This document shows, in pieces, positions 63,654-64,000 of a stretch of DNA of 64,000 nucleotides. The position numbers and the translations under genes were made by a program. The DNA lies in contig OZ024742.1 of assembly GCA_964016885.1 (NCBI GenBank), positions 63,178,001 to 63,242,000 of the forward strand, in the 5' to 3' direction. Under the pieces are notes generated by a model that saw only the letters and a program-made list of their open reading frames with translations, ran no database searches and was not told where the DNA came from. The DNA comes from Eledone cirrhosa. Taxonomy: Eukaryota. How positions within the stretch are numbered: position 1 is the stretch's first letter; every line of letters starts with the position of its first letter.

Positions 63654-63699
63654 GTATGTCTGTCTGTATGTATGTATGTATGTATGTATGTATGTATGT
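63654..63699. repeat. (TGTC)2(TGTA)n tetranucleotide microsatellite
   Basis: GTATGTCTGTCTGTATGTATGTATGTATGTATG... directly visible. Confidence 0.95.
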
Positions 63700-63803
63700 T
63701 CTTCTGGTTTTATAATTTCACAAAGTTTTACCAATAGAGAGAGAGTCGGTTTCTAACATAGACACAAGACTCTCTCATTGGAATTTACACAACATCAACT
63801 AGG
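63700..63803 (-). mobile_element. Probable 3' terminal fragment of a non-LTR retroelement with a stem-loop and (CATA)n tail
   Basis: Hairpin CCAAT..GAGAGAGTC (63,731-63,747) / GACTCTCTCATTGG (63,768-63,781). On the minus strand it is followed by AAAACCAGAAGAA and (CATA)n. The loop resembles the 3' tail of the SINE at 61,965-61,984. Confidence 0.45.
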
Positions 63804-63805
63804 TA

Positions 63806-63920
63806 GATATGTATGTATGCATGCATGTGTAGATATGGATGTTATTGTATGTGTGGATGTGTATGTTTTGAGTTGTATGTGTGCATGTGTATATGCTTTG
63901 TATCTGTACATGTGTATATG
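63806..63920. repeat. Degenerate (TGTA/TG)n low-complexity tract
   Basis: ATATGTATGTATGCATGCATGTGT...TGTATGTGTGCATGTGTATATG. Confidence 0.85.
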
Positions 63921-64000
63921 CAGTTATTAGATGCAACATTTTTGGAATGTTTTACATATTTTTACTGTTCCATTAATGGATTGTACTTGTAATTTCCTAA

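Noticed and set aside
63170-63734. Short ORFs as Penelope RT or GIY-YIG fragments
   Set aside because: No RT (YxDD) or GIY-YIG motif is visible, and several run through (TA)n or (CATA)n tracts.

Overview
Eukaryotic, non-coding, repeat-dominated window with no credible protein-coding gene. Bases 1-~59,520 (93%) are one head-to-tail satellite array of a 41-bp monomer, consensus GTC(A/T)TCTCTTAACTTCTTACTACCTGTCTCTCTGTCAGTCT, about 1,452 copies and open at the left edge. The array keeps an almost indel-free register and has layered higher-order duplications (offsets of 81, 100, 125-128, 85, 73 and 15 monomers). It ends abruptly in a (TCT)n tract. Trinucleotide low-complexity DNA follows, including an ACC/ATC compound minisatellite with a young 77-bp tandem block. 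The last ~2 kb holds two degenerate tRNA-head SINE-like elements, recalled as resembling octopus/cephalopod SINEs (not database-verified), and a probable LINE-type 3' tail. The most notable feature is a cluster of three sequence-distinct, co-oriented (minus-strand) type I hammerhead-ribozyme motifs separated by (TA)n tracts. One has an intact catalytic core and is overlapped by a 35-bp inverted repeat; the other two are degenerate. This pattern fits Penelope-like element/retrozyme remnants. All supplied ORFs are judged spurious.
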